Shown here one piece after another: positions 13,123-27,874 of a DNA stretch of 64,000 bases. Position 1 is the first letter of the stretch; each line of letters opens with the position of its first letter. The notes below the pieces were generated by a model. That model saw nothing but the letters and a program-made list of their open reading frames with translations, made no database searches and was not told the origin of the DNA. The translations under genes and the position numbers were made by a program. The stretch comes from Eledone cirrhosa (taxonomy: Eukaryota): assembly GCA_964016885.1 (NCBI GenBank), contig OZ024764.1, forward strand, positions 24,304,001 to 24,368,000, written 5' to 3'.

Positions 13123-13908
13123 CTAAAGCGTATCATAATTTTTTGTAGGAACCTTTGTTAAGTTATGTTCGAAACACTAGCTAAATAATGAGAAAGTTAT
13201 ATTATATTGCTAAATCCCTTCAAATTCTTGGGTATTGTCAAAAGTTTAGCGTTAATATTTATTAAATAACACACACACATTACACATTTACACACACACT
13301 TTCATACATACATTCTACCTCTTTCACACACATACACACACCTTTTGTACACACACACACACATTTTCACACACATTTTACCCCTTACACACTCATACAT
13401 ACACATACACACACGCATTCTACCTCTTTCACGCATATACATGTAACACACACACACATACATACCCACCTACACACACACACACCTATACTCACAAACA
13501 CATACACACCACACCCACCTACACACACATACACCTAATCCCCACCCAACCCCGGCCCACGCCCACACATCTAGCCCCCTCCCCCACATACACACCTTTC
13601 CCACACACCTAGCCCCCACACACAGACACCTACGCCCCCTCCCCCTGCACACCTAGCCCCCCACACATCACCCCCCACACACACACCTAGCCCCACACAC
13701 CTAACCCCCACACACACATTACCCCCCAGCTAGCCCCCCCACACGTCTACCCCCTCCCCCCACATACCTAGCCCCACACACCTAGACCCCCCAACACACA
13801 CATCTACCCCCCACACACACTCACACATCTAACCCCCCCCCCCCCCCCCCCCCACACACACCTAGCCCCCCCCCCCCCCCCACACACACACATCCAATAT
13901 ACACTCAC

Positions 13909-14034
13909 CTTAGTTTTATTTTCAACAGAGAACTCCGGGCAGTTGTATTGTCTACAGAAGCCAGGTTTGGTGGCTGAAGTAGCTTGAGGGGTGAGTTGGA
14001 ACACAGCTACGCAGAGGAGAACAACACTTCTCAC
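13909..14034 (-). CDS. HEBP2: SOUL/HEBP2-like coding exon encoding the signal peptide and N-terminal Cys pair
   Basis: tttcag acceptor and AAG|gtgagt donor (phase 0). Translation VRSVVLLCVAVFQLTPQATSATKPGFCRQYNCPEFSVENKTK; the PxFC..CPxFxV motif joins in frame to DYEKRTY. Confidence 0.9.
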
Positions 14035-14048
14035 CTGAAATAGTTAAA

Positions 14049-14262
14049 TACAGGTAAAATTCCATTATAACGAATTTTTCAGTATAACAAAATTTTAGTA
14101 TAACAAAATGTTAGTATAACAAAATGTTAGTATAACAAAATTTTAGTATAACAAAATTTTAGTATAACAAAATTTTAGTATAACAAAATTTTAGTATAAC
14201 AAAATTTCAGTATAACAAAATTTTGGCCACATGCTCGATGTGTTAAGTCAATCTCGTTATAA
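14049..14262 (+). repeat. MITE-like fragment with 19-bp tandem repeats
   Basis: tacaggtaaaattccattataacgaa start (pogo/Tigger-like terminus), then about 8 copies of agtataacaaaattt. Confidence 0.55.
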
Positions 14263-14608
14263 TGAGTTTTTGATCATCATCATCATCATCATTTTACGTC
14301 CACTTTTCCCTGCTTGCAAGGATCGGACGGGTCCTATACAGCACAGCATCTCTCCATTTGTCACAGTCCTTCGTCATCTCCTCTGTGAGCTTCAGCAATC
14401 TGGGGTCAGCTCTCACCACCTCCGTATAACAAAATTACTTTTAATCCCTGGCCACACCCTCAATCTGTTGGGTCAATCTACTTATAAAGAATTTTTCAGT
14501 ATAACAAAATTTGTTTCCAGAATGGCTATTCCAGCACATCTCCCTTATCACACTCTGGGGAAACACCTTCTCCATTCTGTCCAGCGGGGCTGTGGGGAGG
14601 CCAGCACG

Positions 14609-17600
14609 TGGACATGTGATGAGTTGAGAGGGAAACTGGGTATAAGAGGGATAAGTTGTGGTGTGTGGGAGAGAAGACTGAGATGGTATGGACATGTGAT
14701 GTGGTGAGAGAGAAACTGGGTATAAGAGGGATAAGTTGTGGTGTGTGGGAGAGGAGACTGAGATGGTATGGACATGTGATGTGTTGAGAGAGAAACTGTG
14801 TATAAGAGGGATAAGTTGTAGTGTGTGGGAGAGAAGACTGAGATGGTATGGACATGTGATGTGTTGAGAGAGAAAATGGGTATAAGAGGGATAAGTTGTG
14901 GTGTGTAGGAGAGAAGACTGAGATGGTATGGACATGTGATGTGTTGAGAGAGAAACTGTGTATAAGAGGGATAAGTTGTGGTGTGGGGGAGAGAAGACTG
15001 AGATGGTATGGACATGTGATGTGTTGAGAGAGAAACTGTGTATAAGAGGGATAAGTTGTGGTGTGGGGGAGAGAAGACTGAGATGGTATGGACATGTGAT
15101 GTGTTGAGAGAGAAACTGTGTCTGAGAGGGATAAGTTGTAGTGTGTGGGAGGGAAGACTTATATGGTATGGACATGTGATGTGTTGAGAGAGAAACTGTG
15201 TATAAGAGGGATAAGTTGTGGTGTGTGGGAGAGAAGACTGGGGTGGTATGGACATGTGATGAGTTGAGAGAGAAACTGTGTATAAGAGGGATAAGTTGTG
15301 GTGTGTGGGAGAGAAGACTGAGATGGTATGGACATGTGATGTGGTGAGAGGGAAACTGGGTATAAGAGGGATAAATTGTGGTGTGTGGGAGAGAAGACTG
15401 AGATGGTATGGACATGTGATGAGTTGAGAGAGAAACTGTGTATAAGAGGGATAAGTTGTGGTGTGTGGGAGAGAAGACTGAGATGGTATGGACATGTGGT
15501 GTGGTGAGAGAGAAACTGGGTATAAGAGGGATAAGTTGTGGTGTGTAGGAGAGAAGACTGAGATGGTATGGACATGTGATGTGTTGAGAGAGAAACTGTG
15601 TATAAGAGGATAAGTTGTGGTGTGTGGGAGAGAAGACTGAGATGGTATGGACATGTGGTGTGGTGAGAGAGAAACTGGGTATAAGAGGGATAAGTTGTGG
15701 TGTGTGGGAGAGAAGAATGAGATGGTATGGACATGTGATGTGTTGAGAGAGAAACTGGGTATAAGAGGGATAAGTTGTGGTGTGAGGGAGAGAAGACTGA
15801 GATGGTATTGACATGAGATGTGTTAAGAGAGAAACTGTGTATAAGAGGGATAAGTTGTGGTGTGTCGGAGGGAAGACTGAGATGGTATGGACATGTGATG
15901 TGTTGAGAGAGAAACTGTGTATAAGAGGGATAAGTTGTGGTGTGTAGGAGAGAAGACTGAGATGGTATGGACATGTGATGTGTTGAGAGAGAAACTGTGT
16001 ATAAGAGGGATAAGTTGTGGTGTGGGGGAGAGAAGACTGAGATGGTATGGACATGAGATGTGTTGAGAGAGAAACTGTGTATAAGAGGGATAAGTTGTGG
16101 TGTGAGGGAGAGAAGACTGAGATGGTATGGACATGAGATGTGTTGAGAGAGAAACTGTGTATAAGAGGGATAAGTTGTGGTGTGTGGGAGGGAAGACTGA
16201 GATGGTATGGACATGTGATGTGTTGAGAGAGAAACTGTGTATAAGAGAGATAAGTTGTGGTGTGTGGGAGGTAAGACTGAGATGGTATGGACATGAGATG
16301 TGTTGAGAGAGAAACTGTGTATAAGAGGGATAAGTTGTGGTGTGTGGGAGGGAAGACTGAGATGGTATGGACATGTGATGTGTTGAGAGAGAAACTGTGT
16401 ATAAGAGGGATAAGTTGTGGTGTGTGGGAGGGAAGACTGAGATGGTATGGACATGTGATGTGTTGAGAGAGAAACTGTGTATAAGAGGGATAAGTTGTGG
16501 TGTGGGGGAGAGAAGACTGAGATGGTATGGACATGTGATGTGTTGAGAGAGAAACTGGGTATAAGAGGGATAAGTTGTGGTGTGGGGGAGAGAAGACTGA
16601 GATGGTATGGACATGTGATGTGTTGAGAGAGAAACTGGGTATAAGAGGGATAAGTTGTGGTGTGAGGGAGAGAAGACTGAGATGGTATGGACATGAGATG
16701 TGTTGAGAGAGAAACTGTGTATAAGAGGGATAAGTTGTGGTGTGGGGGAGAGAAGACTGAGATGGTATGGACATGTGATGTGTTGAGAGAGAAACTGTGT
16801 ATAAGAGGGATAAGTTGTGGTGTGGGGGAGAGAAGACTGAGATGGTATGGACATGTGATGTGTTGAGAGAGAAACTGTGTATAAGAGGGATAAGTTGTGG
16901 TGTGGGGGAGAGAAGACTGAGATGGTATGGACATGTGATGTGTTGAGAGAGAAACTGGGTATAAGAGGGATAAGTTGTGGTGTGAGGGAGAGAAGACTGA
17001 GATGGTATGGACATGAGATGTGTTGAGAGAGAAACTGTGTATAAGAGGGATAAGTTGTGGTGTGGGGGAGAGAAGACTGAGATGGTATGGACATGTGGTG
17101 TGTTGAGAGAGAAACTGTGTATAAGAGGGATAAGTTGTGGTGTGTGGGAGAGCAGACTGAGATGGTATGGACATGTGATGTGGTGAGAGAGAAACTGTGT
17201 ATAAGAGGGATAAGTTGTGGTGTGGGGTAGAGAAGACTGAGATGGTATGGACATGTGGTGTGTTGAGAGAGAAACTGTGTATAAGAGGAATAAGTTGTGG
17301 TGTGTGGGAGAGAAGACTGAGATGGTATAGACATGTGATGTGGTGAGAGAGAAACTGGGTATAAGAGGGATAAGTTGTGGTGTGTGGGAGAGAAGACTGA
17401 GATGGTATGGACATGTGATGTGTTGAGAGAGAAACTGGGTATAAGAGGGATAAGTTGTGGTGTGAGGGAGAGAAGACTGAGATGGTATGGACATGAGATG
17501 TGTTGAGAGAGAAACTGTGTATAAGAGGGATAAGTTGTGGTGTGTGGGAGAGAAGACTGAGATGGTATGGACATGTGATGTGTTGAGAGAGAAACTGTGT

Positions 17601-20600
17601 ATAAGAGGGATAAGTTGTGGTGTGTGGGAGAGAAGACTGAGATGGTATGGACATGTGGTGTGGTGAGAGAGAAACTGGGTATAAGAGGGATAAATTGTGG
17701 TGGTGGGAGAGAAGACTGAGATGGTATGGACATGTGATGTGTTGAGAGAGAAACTGTGTATAAGAGGGATAAGTTGTGGTGTGTGGGAGAGAAGACTGGG
17801 GTGGTATGGACATGTGATGAGTTGAGAGAGAAACTGTGTATAAGAGGGATAAGTTGTGGTGTGTGGGAGAGAAGACTGAGATGGTATGGACATGTGATGT
17901 GGTGAGAGGGAAACTGGGTATAAGAGGGATAAATTGTGGTGTGTGGGAGAGAAGACTGAGATGGTATGGACATGTGATGTGTTGAGAGAGAAACTGTGTA
18001 TAAGAGGGATAAGTTGTGGTGTGTGGGAGAGAAGACTGAGATGGTATGGACATGTGATGTGGTGAGAGAGAAACTGGGTATAAGAGGGATAAGTTGTGGT
18101 GTGTGGGAGAGAAGACTGAGATGGTATGGACATGTGATGTGTTGAGAGAGAAACTGGGTATAAGAGGGATAAGTTGTGGTGTGAGGGAGAGAAGACTGAG
18201 ATGGTATGGACATGAGATGTGTTGAGAGAGAAACTGTGTATAAGAGGGATAAGTTGTGGTGTGAGGGAGAGAAGACTGAGATGGTATGGACATGTGATGT
18301 GTTGAGAGAGAAACTGTGTATAAGAGGGATAAGTTGTGGTGTGGGAGAGAGAAGACTGAGATGGTATGGAAATGTGGTGTGTTGAGAGAGAAACTGTGTA
18401 TAAGAGGGATAAGTTGTGGTGTGTAGGAGAGAAGACTGAGATGGTATGGACATGTGATGTGTTGAGAGAGAAACTGTGTATAAGAGGGATAAGTTGTAGT
18501 GTGTGGGAGAGAAGACTGAGATGGTATGGATATGTGGTGTGTTGAGAGAGAAACTGTGTATAACAGGGATAAGTTGTGGTGTGTGGTAGAGAAGACTGAG
18601 ATGGTATGGACATGTGATGTGTTGAGAGAGAAACTGGGTATAAGAGGGATAAGTTGTGGTGTGTGGGAGAGAAGACTGAGATGGTATGGACATGAGATGT
18701 GTTGAGAGAGAAACTGTGTATAAGAGGGATAAGTTGTGGTGTGTGGGAGGGAAGACTGAGATGGTATGGACATGTGATGTGTTGAGAGAGAAACTGTGTA
18801 TAAGAGGGATAAGTTGTGGTGTGTGGGAGGGAAGACTGAGATGGTATGGACATGTGATGTGTTGAGAGAGAAACTGTGTATAAGAGGGATAAGTTGTGGT
18901 GTGGGGGAGAGAAGACTGAGATGGTATGGACATGTGATGTGTTGAGAGAGAAACTGGGTATAAGAGGGATAAGTTGTGGTGTGGGGGAGAGAAGACTGAG
19001 ATGGTATGGACATGTGATGTGTTGAGAGAGAAACTGGGTATAAGAGGGATAAGTTGTGGTGTGAGGGAGAGAAGACTGAGATGGTATGGACATGAGATGT
19101 GTTGAGAGAGAAACTGTGTATAAGAGGGATAAGTTGTGGTGTGTGGGAGGGAAGACTGAGATGGTATGGACATGTGATGTGTTGAGAGAGAAACTGTGTA
19201 TAAGAGAGATAAGTTGTGGTGTGTGGGAGGTAAGACTGAGATGGTATGGACATGAGATGTGTTGAGAGAGAAACTGTGTATAAGAGGGATAAGTTGTGGT
19301 GTGTGGGAGGGAAGACTGAGATGGTATGGACATGTGATGTGTTGAGAGAGAAACTGTGTATAAGAGGGATAAGTTGTGGTGTGTGGGAGGGAAGACTGAG
19401 ATGGTATGGACATGTGATGTGTTGAGAGAGAAACTGTGTATAAGAGGGATAAGTTGTGGTGTGGGGGAGAGAAGACTGAGATGGTATGGACATGTGATGT
19501 GTTGAGAGAGAAACTGGGTATAAGAGGGATAAGTTGTGGTGTGGGGGAGAGAAGACTGAGATGGTATGGACATGTGATGTGTTGAGAGAGAAACTGGGTA
19601 TAAGAGGGATAAGTTGTGGTGTGAGGGAGAGAAGACTGAGATGGTATGGACATGAGATGTGTTGAGAGAGAAACTGTGTATAAGAGGGATAAGTTGTGGT
19701 GTGGGGGAGAGAAGACTGAGATGGTATGGACATGTGATGTGTTGAGAGAGAAACTGTGTATAAGAGGGATAAGTTGTGGTGTGGGGGAGAGAAGACTGAG
19801 ATGGTATGGACATGTGATGTGTTGAGAGAGAAACTGTGTATAAGAGGGATAAGTTGTGGTGTGGGGGAGAGAAGACTGAGATGGTATGGACATGTGATGT
19901 GTTGAGAGAGAAACTGGGTATAAGAGGGATAAGTTGTGGTGTGAGGGAGAGAAGACTGAGATGGTATGGACATGTGATGTGTTGAGAGAGAAACTGGGTA
20001 TAAGAGGGATAAGTTGTGGTGTGAGGGAGAGAAGACTGAGATGGTATGGACATGAGATGTGTTGAGAGAGAAACTGTGTATAAGAGGGATAAGTTGTGGT
20101 GTGTGGGAGAGAAGACTGAGATGGTATGGACATGTGATGTGTTGAGAGAGAAACTGTGTATAAGAGGGATAAGTTGTGGTGTGTGGGAGAGAAGACTGAG
20201 ATGGTATGGACATGTGGTGTGGTGAGAGAGAAACTGGGTATAAGAGGGATAAATTGTGGTGGTGGGAGAGAAGACTGAGATGGTATGGACATGTGATGTG
20301 TTGAGAGAGAAACTGTGTATAAGAGGGATAAGTTGTGGTGTGTGGGAGAGAAGACTGGGGTGGTATGGACATGTGATGAGTTGAGAGAGAAACTGTGTAT
20401 AAGAGGGATAAGTTGTGGTGTGTGGGAGAGAAGACTGAGATGGTATGGACATGTGATGTGGTGAGAGGGAAACTGGGTATAAGAGGGATAAATTGTGGTG
20501 TGTGGGAGAGAAGACTGAGATGGTATGGACATGTGATGTGTTGAGAGAGAAACTGTGTATAAGAGGGACAAGTTGTGGTGTGTGGGAGAGAAGACTGAGA

Positions 20601-22262
20601 TGGTATGGACATGTGATGTGGTGAGAGAGAAACTGGGTATAAGAGGGATAAGTTGTGGTGTGTGGGAGAGAAGACTGAGATGGTATGGACATGTGATGTG
20701 TTGAGAGAGAAACTGGGTATAAGAGGGATAAGTTGTGGTGTGAGGGAGAGAAGACTGAGATGGTATGGACATGAGATGTGTTGAGAGAGAAACTGTGTAT
20801 AAGAGGGATAAGTTGTGGTGTGAGGGAGAGAAGACTGAGATGGTATGGACATGTGATGTGTTGAGAGAGAAACTGTGTATAAGAGGGATAAGTTGTGGTG
20901 TGGGAGAGAGAAGACTGAGATGGTATGGAAATGTGGTGTGTTGAGAGAGAAACTGTGTATAAGAGGGATAAGTTGTGGTGTGTAGGAGAGAAGACTGAGA
21001 TGGTATGGACATGTGATGTGTTGAGAGAGAAACTGTGTATAAGAGGGATAAGTTGTAGTGTGTGGGAGAGAAGACTGAGATGGTATGGATATGTGGTGTG
21101 TTGAGAGAGAAACTGTGTATAACAGGGATAAGTTGTGGTGTGTGGTAGAGAAGACTGAGATGGTATGGACATGTGATGTGTTGAGAGAGAAAATGGGTAT
21201 AAGAGGGATAAGTTGTGGTGTGTGGGAGAGAAGACTGAGATGGTATGGACATGTGATGTGTTGAGAGAGAAACTGTGTATAAGAGGGATAAGTTGTAGTG
21301 TGTGGGAGAGAAGACTGAGATGGTATGGACATGTGATGTGTTGAGAGAGAAACTGGGTATAAGAGGGATAAGTTGTGGTGTGTGGGAGAGAAGACTGAGA
21401 TGGTATGGACATGTGATGAGTTGAGAGAGAAACTGTGTATAAGAGGGATAAGTTGTGGTGTGTGGGAGAGAAGACTGAGATGGTATGGACATGTGATGTG
21501 TTGAAAGAGAAACTGTGTATAAGAGGGATAAGTTGTAGTGTGGGGGAGAGAAGACTGAGATGGTATGGACATGTGATGTGTTGAGAGAGAAACTGTGTAT
21601 AAGAGGGATAAGTTGTAGTGTGGGGGAGAGAAGACTGAGATGGTATGGACATGTGATGTGTTGAGAGAGAAACTGTGTATAAGAGGGATAAGTTGTAGTG
21701 TGTGGGAGAGAAGACTGAGATGGTATGGACATGTGATGTGTTGAGAGAGAAACTGGGTATAAGAGGGATAAGTTGTGGTGTGTGGGAGGGAAGACTGAGA
21801 TGGTATGGACATGTGATGTGTTGAGAGAGAAACTGGGTATAAGAGGGATAAGTTGTGGTGTGTGGGAGAGAAGACTGAGATGGTATGGACATGTGATGTG
21901 TTGAAAGAGAAACTGTGTATAAGAGGGATAAGTTGTGGTGTGTGGGAGAGAAGACTGAGATGGTATGGACATGTGATGTGTTGAGAGAGAAACTGGGTAT
22001 AAGAGGGATAAGTTGTGGTGTGTGGGAGGGAAGACTGAGATGGTATGGACATGTGATGTGTTGAGAGAGAAACTGGGTATAAGAGGGATAAGTTGTGGTG
22101 TGTGGGAGAGAAGACTGAGATGGTATGGACATGTGATGTGTTGAGAGAGAAACTGTGTATAAGAGGGATAAGTTGTGGTGTGTGGGAGAGAAGACTGAGA
22201 TGGTATGGACATGTGATGTGTTGAGAGAGAAACTGTGTATAAGAGGGATAAGTTGTGGTGTG
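14609..22262. repeat. 80-bp satellite array (about 96 copies) derived from RTE-LINE RT C-terminal sequence
   Basis: Unit tgttgagagagaaactgtgtataagagggataagttgtggtgtgtgggagagaagactgagatggtatggacatgtgatg reads LREKLCIRGISCGVWERRLRWYGHVM. The single-copy source is at about 49231-49310. Confidence 0.97.
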
Positions 22263-22290
22263 TGTGGTGGTGGTGGTGGTGTTGGTGGTG

Positions 22291-22322
<32 letters not shown>

Positions 22323-22539
22323 GGTTATGGTGGTGGTGGTGGTGTAGTCAAACTATAATTACAGTGTCTAGATGTTAGTACTTGTGTACTGAGGTAGTTC
22401 CAATGAGGTCATGAGAAGTGGTAAAGGGATGTAATCTGAGGGGAAGTCATGGCTGGAAGGAGGGGAGGAAGTCCTTGAAATTCTGTATTAAATTACTTTT
22501 TGGGGAGTAAAGCTTTAATATGATTTAATTCGTGTTTTT

Positions 22540-23645
22540 GACACACATCACACACACACACACATAGACACTCACATACACACATAGACACACACATACA
22601 CACATAGACACACACATACACACATAGACACACACATACACACATAGACACACACATACACACATAGACACACACACAAACATACACTCACATACACTCA
22701 CTCACTCACATACACATACACACATACACTCACAGATTCACATACACACATACACACACACACACATACACACACACACATACACACTCACATACACACT
22801 CACATACACACACACACATACACTCACACACAGACACACACTCACATACACACACTCACACATATACACACACACTCACATACACACATACACACATACA
22901 CACACACATACTCACACACACACACTCACGTACACACACTCACATACACAGATGCACACCGACACACACACACACATACACACTCCCGTACACACACACT
23001 CACATACACACACATACTCACATACACACACACATACACACACACACACACTCACACATACACACACATACACACACACATACACACACACATACACACA
23101 CACATACACACACACACTCACACACACACACACACACACTCACATACACACACACACTCACATACATACAATCACTCACATACACACACATACTCACGTA
23201 CACACACACACTCACATACATACAAACATTCACATACACACATACTCACGTACACACACACACTCACATACATACACACACTCACACTCAAGTACACACA
23301 CACACACTTACACACACTCACATACACACACATACTCACATACACACACAAACACTTATGTACACACTCACATACACACACAAACACACTCACTTATACA
23401 CACACACATACACACACACACATACACACACACACATACACACACACACATACACACTCACGTACGTACACACACACACACACATACACACACACACACA
23501 CAAACTCACATACACACGCACATACACACACACACACACTCACACTCACGTACACACACTCACATACACACACACACACACTCACACTCACGTACACACA
23601 CACACACTCACATACACACACAGATACACACCCACACACATACGT
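22540..23645. repeat. (CA)n-type compound microsatellite
   Basis: Visible directly. Confidence 0.95.
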
Positions 23646-23827
23646 ACAGAGACAGTTTCAGCTGTGGTAAGCTGGGAAAGACCCCTAATCCAAGTAGTAC
23701 TCAATACATAAAGGGATGCTGAGTTGGAATATTCCAGAGCTCCTATCGTTTCTGCCCCCGAAGCGTTAAACTAATATATTTCTGTACTGTGTTGTTTGAG
23801 TTGTTGTTTCCATTTACTCTCTCCATG

Positions 23828-24258
23828 CATATATACATACATACATATATATATACATACATACATATATACATAGATATATATATACATACATACATAT
23901 ATATACATACATATATACATAGATATATATATACATACATACATATATATATACATAGATATATATACATACATATATATATACATAGATAGATATATAT
24001 ACATACATACATATATATATAGATAGATAGATATATACATACATACATATATACATAGATAGATATATATACATACATTTATATATAGATAGATATATAT
24101 ATACATACATATATATATACATATATATATATATACATACATACATATATACATAGATATATATATATACATACATACATATATACATAGATAGATATAT
24201 ATACATACATACACATATATATACATAGATATATATACATAGATATATATATATACAT

Positions 24259-24291
<33 letters not shown>

Positions 24292-24940
24292 TATATATAT
24301 ACATACAGACATACATACATATATATATATATATATATGTATGTATACATACATACATATATATATACATAGATATATATATACATACATACATATGCAC
24401 ACAGATAGATATATATACATACATACATATATATATACATAGATATATATACATAGATATATATACATACATATATATATATACATAGATAGATATATAT
24501 ACATACATATATATATACAGAGATAGATATATATACATACATACATATATATATATACATAGATATATATATACATACATACATATATACATAGATATAT
24601 ATACATACATACATATATATATACATAGATAGATATATATACATACATACATATATATATACATAGATATATATATACATACATACATATATACATAGAT
24701 AGATATATATACATACATATATATACATAGATATATATACATAGATATATATACATACATATATATATATATACATAGATATATATACATAGATATATAT
24801 ACATACATACATATATATATACATAGATATATATATATACATATATATATACATAGATAGATATATATACATACATACATATATATATACATAGATATAT
24901 ATACATACATACATACATATATATATAGATATATATATAC

Positions 24941-24973
<33 letters not shown>

Positions 24974-25435
24974 CATACATATATACATAGATAGATATAT
25001 ATACATACATAGATATATATAGAGATATATATATATATATACATACATACATATATATATAGATAGATATATATACATAGATATATATACATACATATAT
25101 ATATACATAGATAGATATATATACATACATACATATATATATAGATAGATATATATATACATACATACATATATACATAGATAGATATATATACATACAT
25201 TTATATATAGATAGATATATATACATACATACATATATATATAGATAGATATATATACATACATACATATATATATACATAGATATATATACATAGATAT
25301 ATATACATACATACATATATATATACATAGATAGATATATATACATACATATATATATATATATACATAGATATATATATACATACATACATATATACAT
25401 AGATAGATATATACATACATACATATATACATATG
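23828..25435. repeat. (TA/TACA/TAGA) compound microsatellite
   Basis: Visible directly. Confidence 0.95.
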
Positions 25436-25604
25436 ATGTATTATCTTAAGTCATGATAGGCAAACTGTAATATTATTATTAGTATATTTCTATCTAGCTA
25501 ACTTGGTCATTTACAATACATACATAAATATGTGGATTTGTTTATCAAATATATTGATTTGTGTTAACCTATATTACATATATACATAGATAGATATATA
25601 TATT

Positions 25605-26075
25605 CCGACCTCACACACTTACACCTCTCCACTGGACCGAGACCTTTGGCGGTACTCAGTAACAGAGAAGACCCGCCTTACCTAAGTACAAAGTGAAACC
25701 TACTACAGTCAGTAGGCACCTCTAACAAAAATACACCCCCGTCCCACTACCCCCACCCCATCCACACCGCCCCTTTCAATGTAAAGTTATGTTGGTACCA
25801 CAACATCCAGTTCGAAACAAATGAGGTCGTGTAGGTGACACGACAAAAAAACACACAGTCCACGCTGTAATGTGGCCATGTAGGCAACACGGTAAAAACC
25901 TCCCAGTCCACACTGTAAACGTGGTTGGTGTTAGGAAGGGCATCCAGCTGTAGAAAACCTGCCAGACAGTCCTATGCGAGCAAGACAACCACTCTTGCCT
26001 CAAGTGGGAAAACTCCCGGCCAAACCCATGCTAGCGTGGAATATGGACGTTAAACGATGATGATGATGATGATGA
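25605..26075 (+). mobile_element. RTE-LINE 3' end (tail type B)
   Basis: SDLTHLHLS..DRDLWR C-terminus, 3'UTR core module and (gat)n tail. Confidence 0.85.
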
Positions 26076-26107
26076 TATACATACATATATACATAGATAG
26101 ATATATA

Positions 26108-26610
26108 TCATCATCATCATCATCATCGTTTAACGTCCGTGTTCCATGCTTGCATGGGTTTGGACGGGAGTTTTCCCACTTGAGGCAAGAGTGGTTGTCT
26201 TGCTCGCATAGGACTGTCTGGCGGGTTTTCTACAGTTGGATGCCCTTCCTAACACCAACCACATTTACAGTGTGGGACTGGGACGTTTTTACTGTGTTAC
26301 CTACACGGCCACATTACAGCGTGGACTGTGTGTTTTTTGTCGTGACACCTACACGATCTCATTTGTTTCGGCCTATGGCGCGGCACCAACATAACTTTAC
26401 ATTGAAAGGGGTGGTGTGGATGGGGTGGGGGTAGTGGGACGGGGGTGTATTTTGTTAGAGATGCCTACTGACTGTAGTAGGTTTTACTTTGTACTTAGGT
26501 AAGGCAGGTCTTCTCTGTTACTGAGTACCGCCAAAGGTCTTGGTCCAGTGACATTGTCTTGGAGAGGTGTGTGTGAGGTCGGAATTTATCAGCTCGTCCC
26601 AGGTTTTTCT
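26108..26610 (-). mobile_element. RTE-LINE 3' end (tail type B), inverted relative to the previous copy
   Basis: [14 protein letters not shown].. followed by the same UTR and tail on the minus strand. Confidence 0.85.
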
Positions 26611-26634
26611 GTATACATACATAGATATATATAT

Positions 26635-26677
<43 letters not shown>

Positions 26678-27017
26678 AATATATATATATATACATACAT
26701 ATATACATAGATAGATATATACATACATATATACATAGATATATATATACATATATACATAGATATATATATATATACATATATACATAGATATATATAT
26801 ACATACAGACATACATACATATATACATATGTATATATTTATATATGTATGTATACATATATACATAGATATATATATACATACATACATACATATACAC
26901 ATATATATATACATATATACATATACCCATATATATATACATACATATATACATAGATATATATATATACATACATACATATATACATATATATATATAC
27001 ATACATACATATACACA

Positions 27018-27053
<36 letters not shown>

Positions 27054-27124
27054 CATAAATATATATATATATACATACATATATAAATATATATATACAT
27101 ACATAGATATATATATATACATAC

Positions 27125-27167
<43 letters not shown>

Positions 27168-27183
27168 AATATATATATATATA
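26611..27183. repeat. TA-rich compound microsatellite
   Basis: Visible directly. Confidence 0.95.
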
Positions 27184-27386
27184 TAGGAACGAGTAGGACC
27201 CCGACGGCTGAGCTCAAGCTGTTTCGACGGCTAATTCTGGACTAATTTTAGTCCAGAATTAGCCGTCGAAACGGCTTGAGCTCAGCCATCGGGGTCCTAC
27301 TCGTTCCTATTACCCACTCTACTACCCTAAGTATTGAGTACTTTGGTGCGTTATGGTCCACCTGGTTCCTTACCACATTTCCTTCG

Positions 27387-27390
<4 letters not shown>
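27184..27390. mobile_element. Fold-back element in (TA)n: about 60-bp hairpin arms plus 3' tail
   Basis: 27184-27243 and 27248-27309 are inverted arms. The tail recurs at 61955-62040, and a related arm is at 31130-31190. Confidence 0.75.
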
Positions 27391-27464
<74 letters not shown>

Positions 27465-27492
27465 ATATATATATATATGTATGTGTGTATAT

Positions 27493-27652
<160 letters not shown>

Positions 27653-27655
27653 TGA

Positions 27656-27704
27656 GATTCTACAGGACTAGAACTGTTTCATTCATTAGAAATCATCAGG
27701 AATC
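27656..27704 (-). ncRNA. Type I hammerhead ribozyme motif
   Basis: GAUUC-CUGAUGA-UUUC uaau GAAU-GAAA-CAG uucuaguc CUG-UA^GAAUC. Stems I and III pair fully. It is the left arm of the palindrome 27646-27759. Confidence 0.8.
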
Positions 27705-27832
27705 CCTGATGATTTCTAATGAATGAAGAAGTTCTAGTCCTGTAGAATCTCATCTATATTAAAACTTTTATACTCTGCTATGTATTGAGTACCTTACTTA
27801 CTGTGGTTACCTCCGATTCAACCCGGAATAAC

Positions 27833-27874
<42 letters not shown>

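Noticed and set aside
14441-22212. Giant 2100-2560 aa minus-strand ORFs
   Set aside because: All three frames are open because the 80-bp unit lacks stops on that strand. They are antisense to LINE RT sequence and are not genes.
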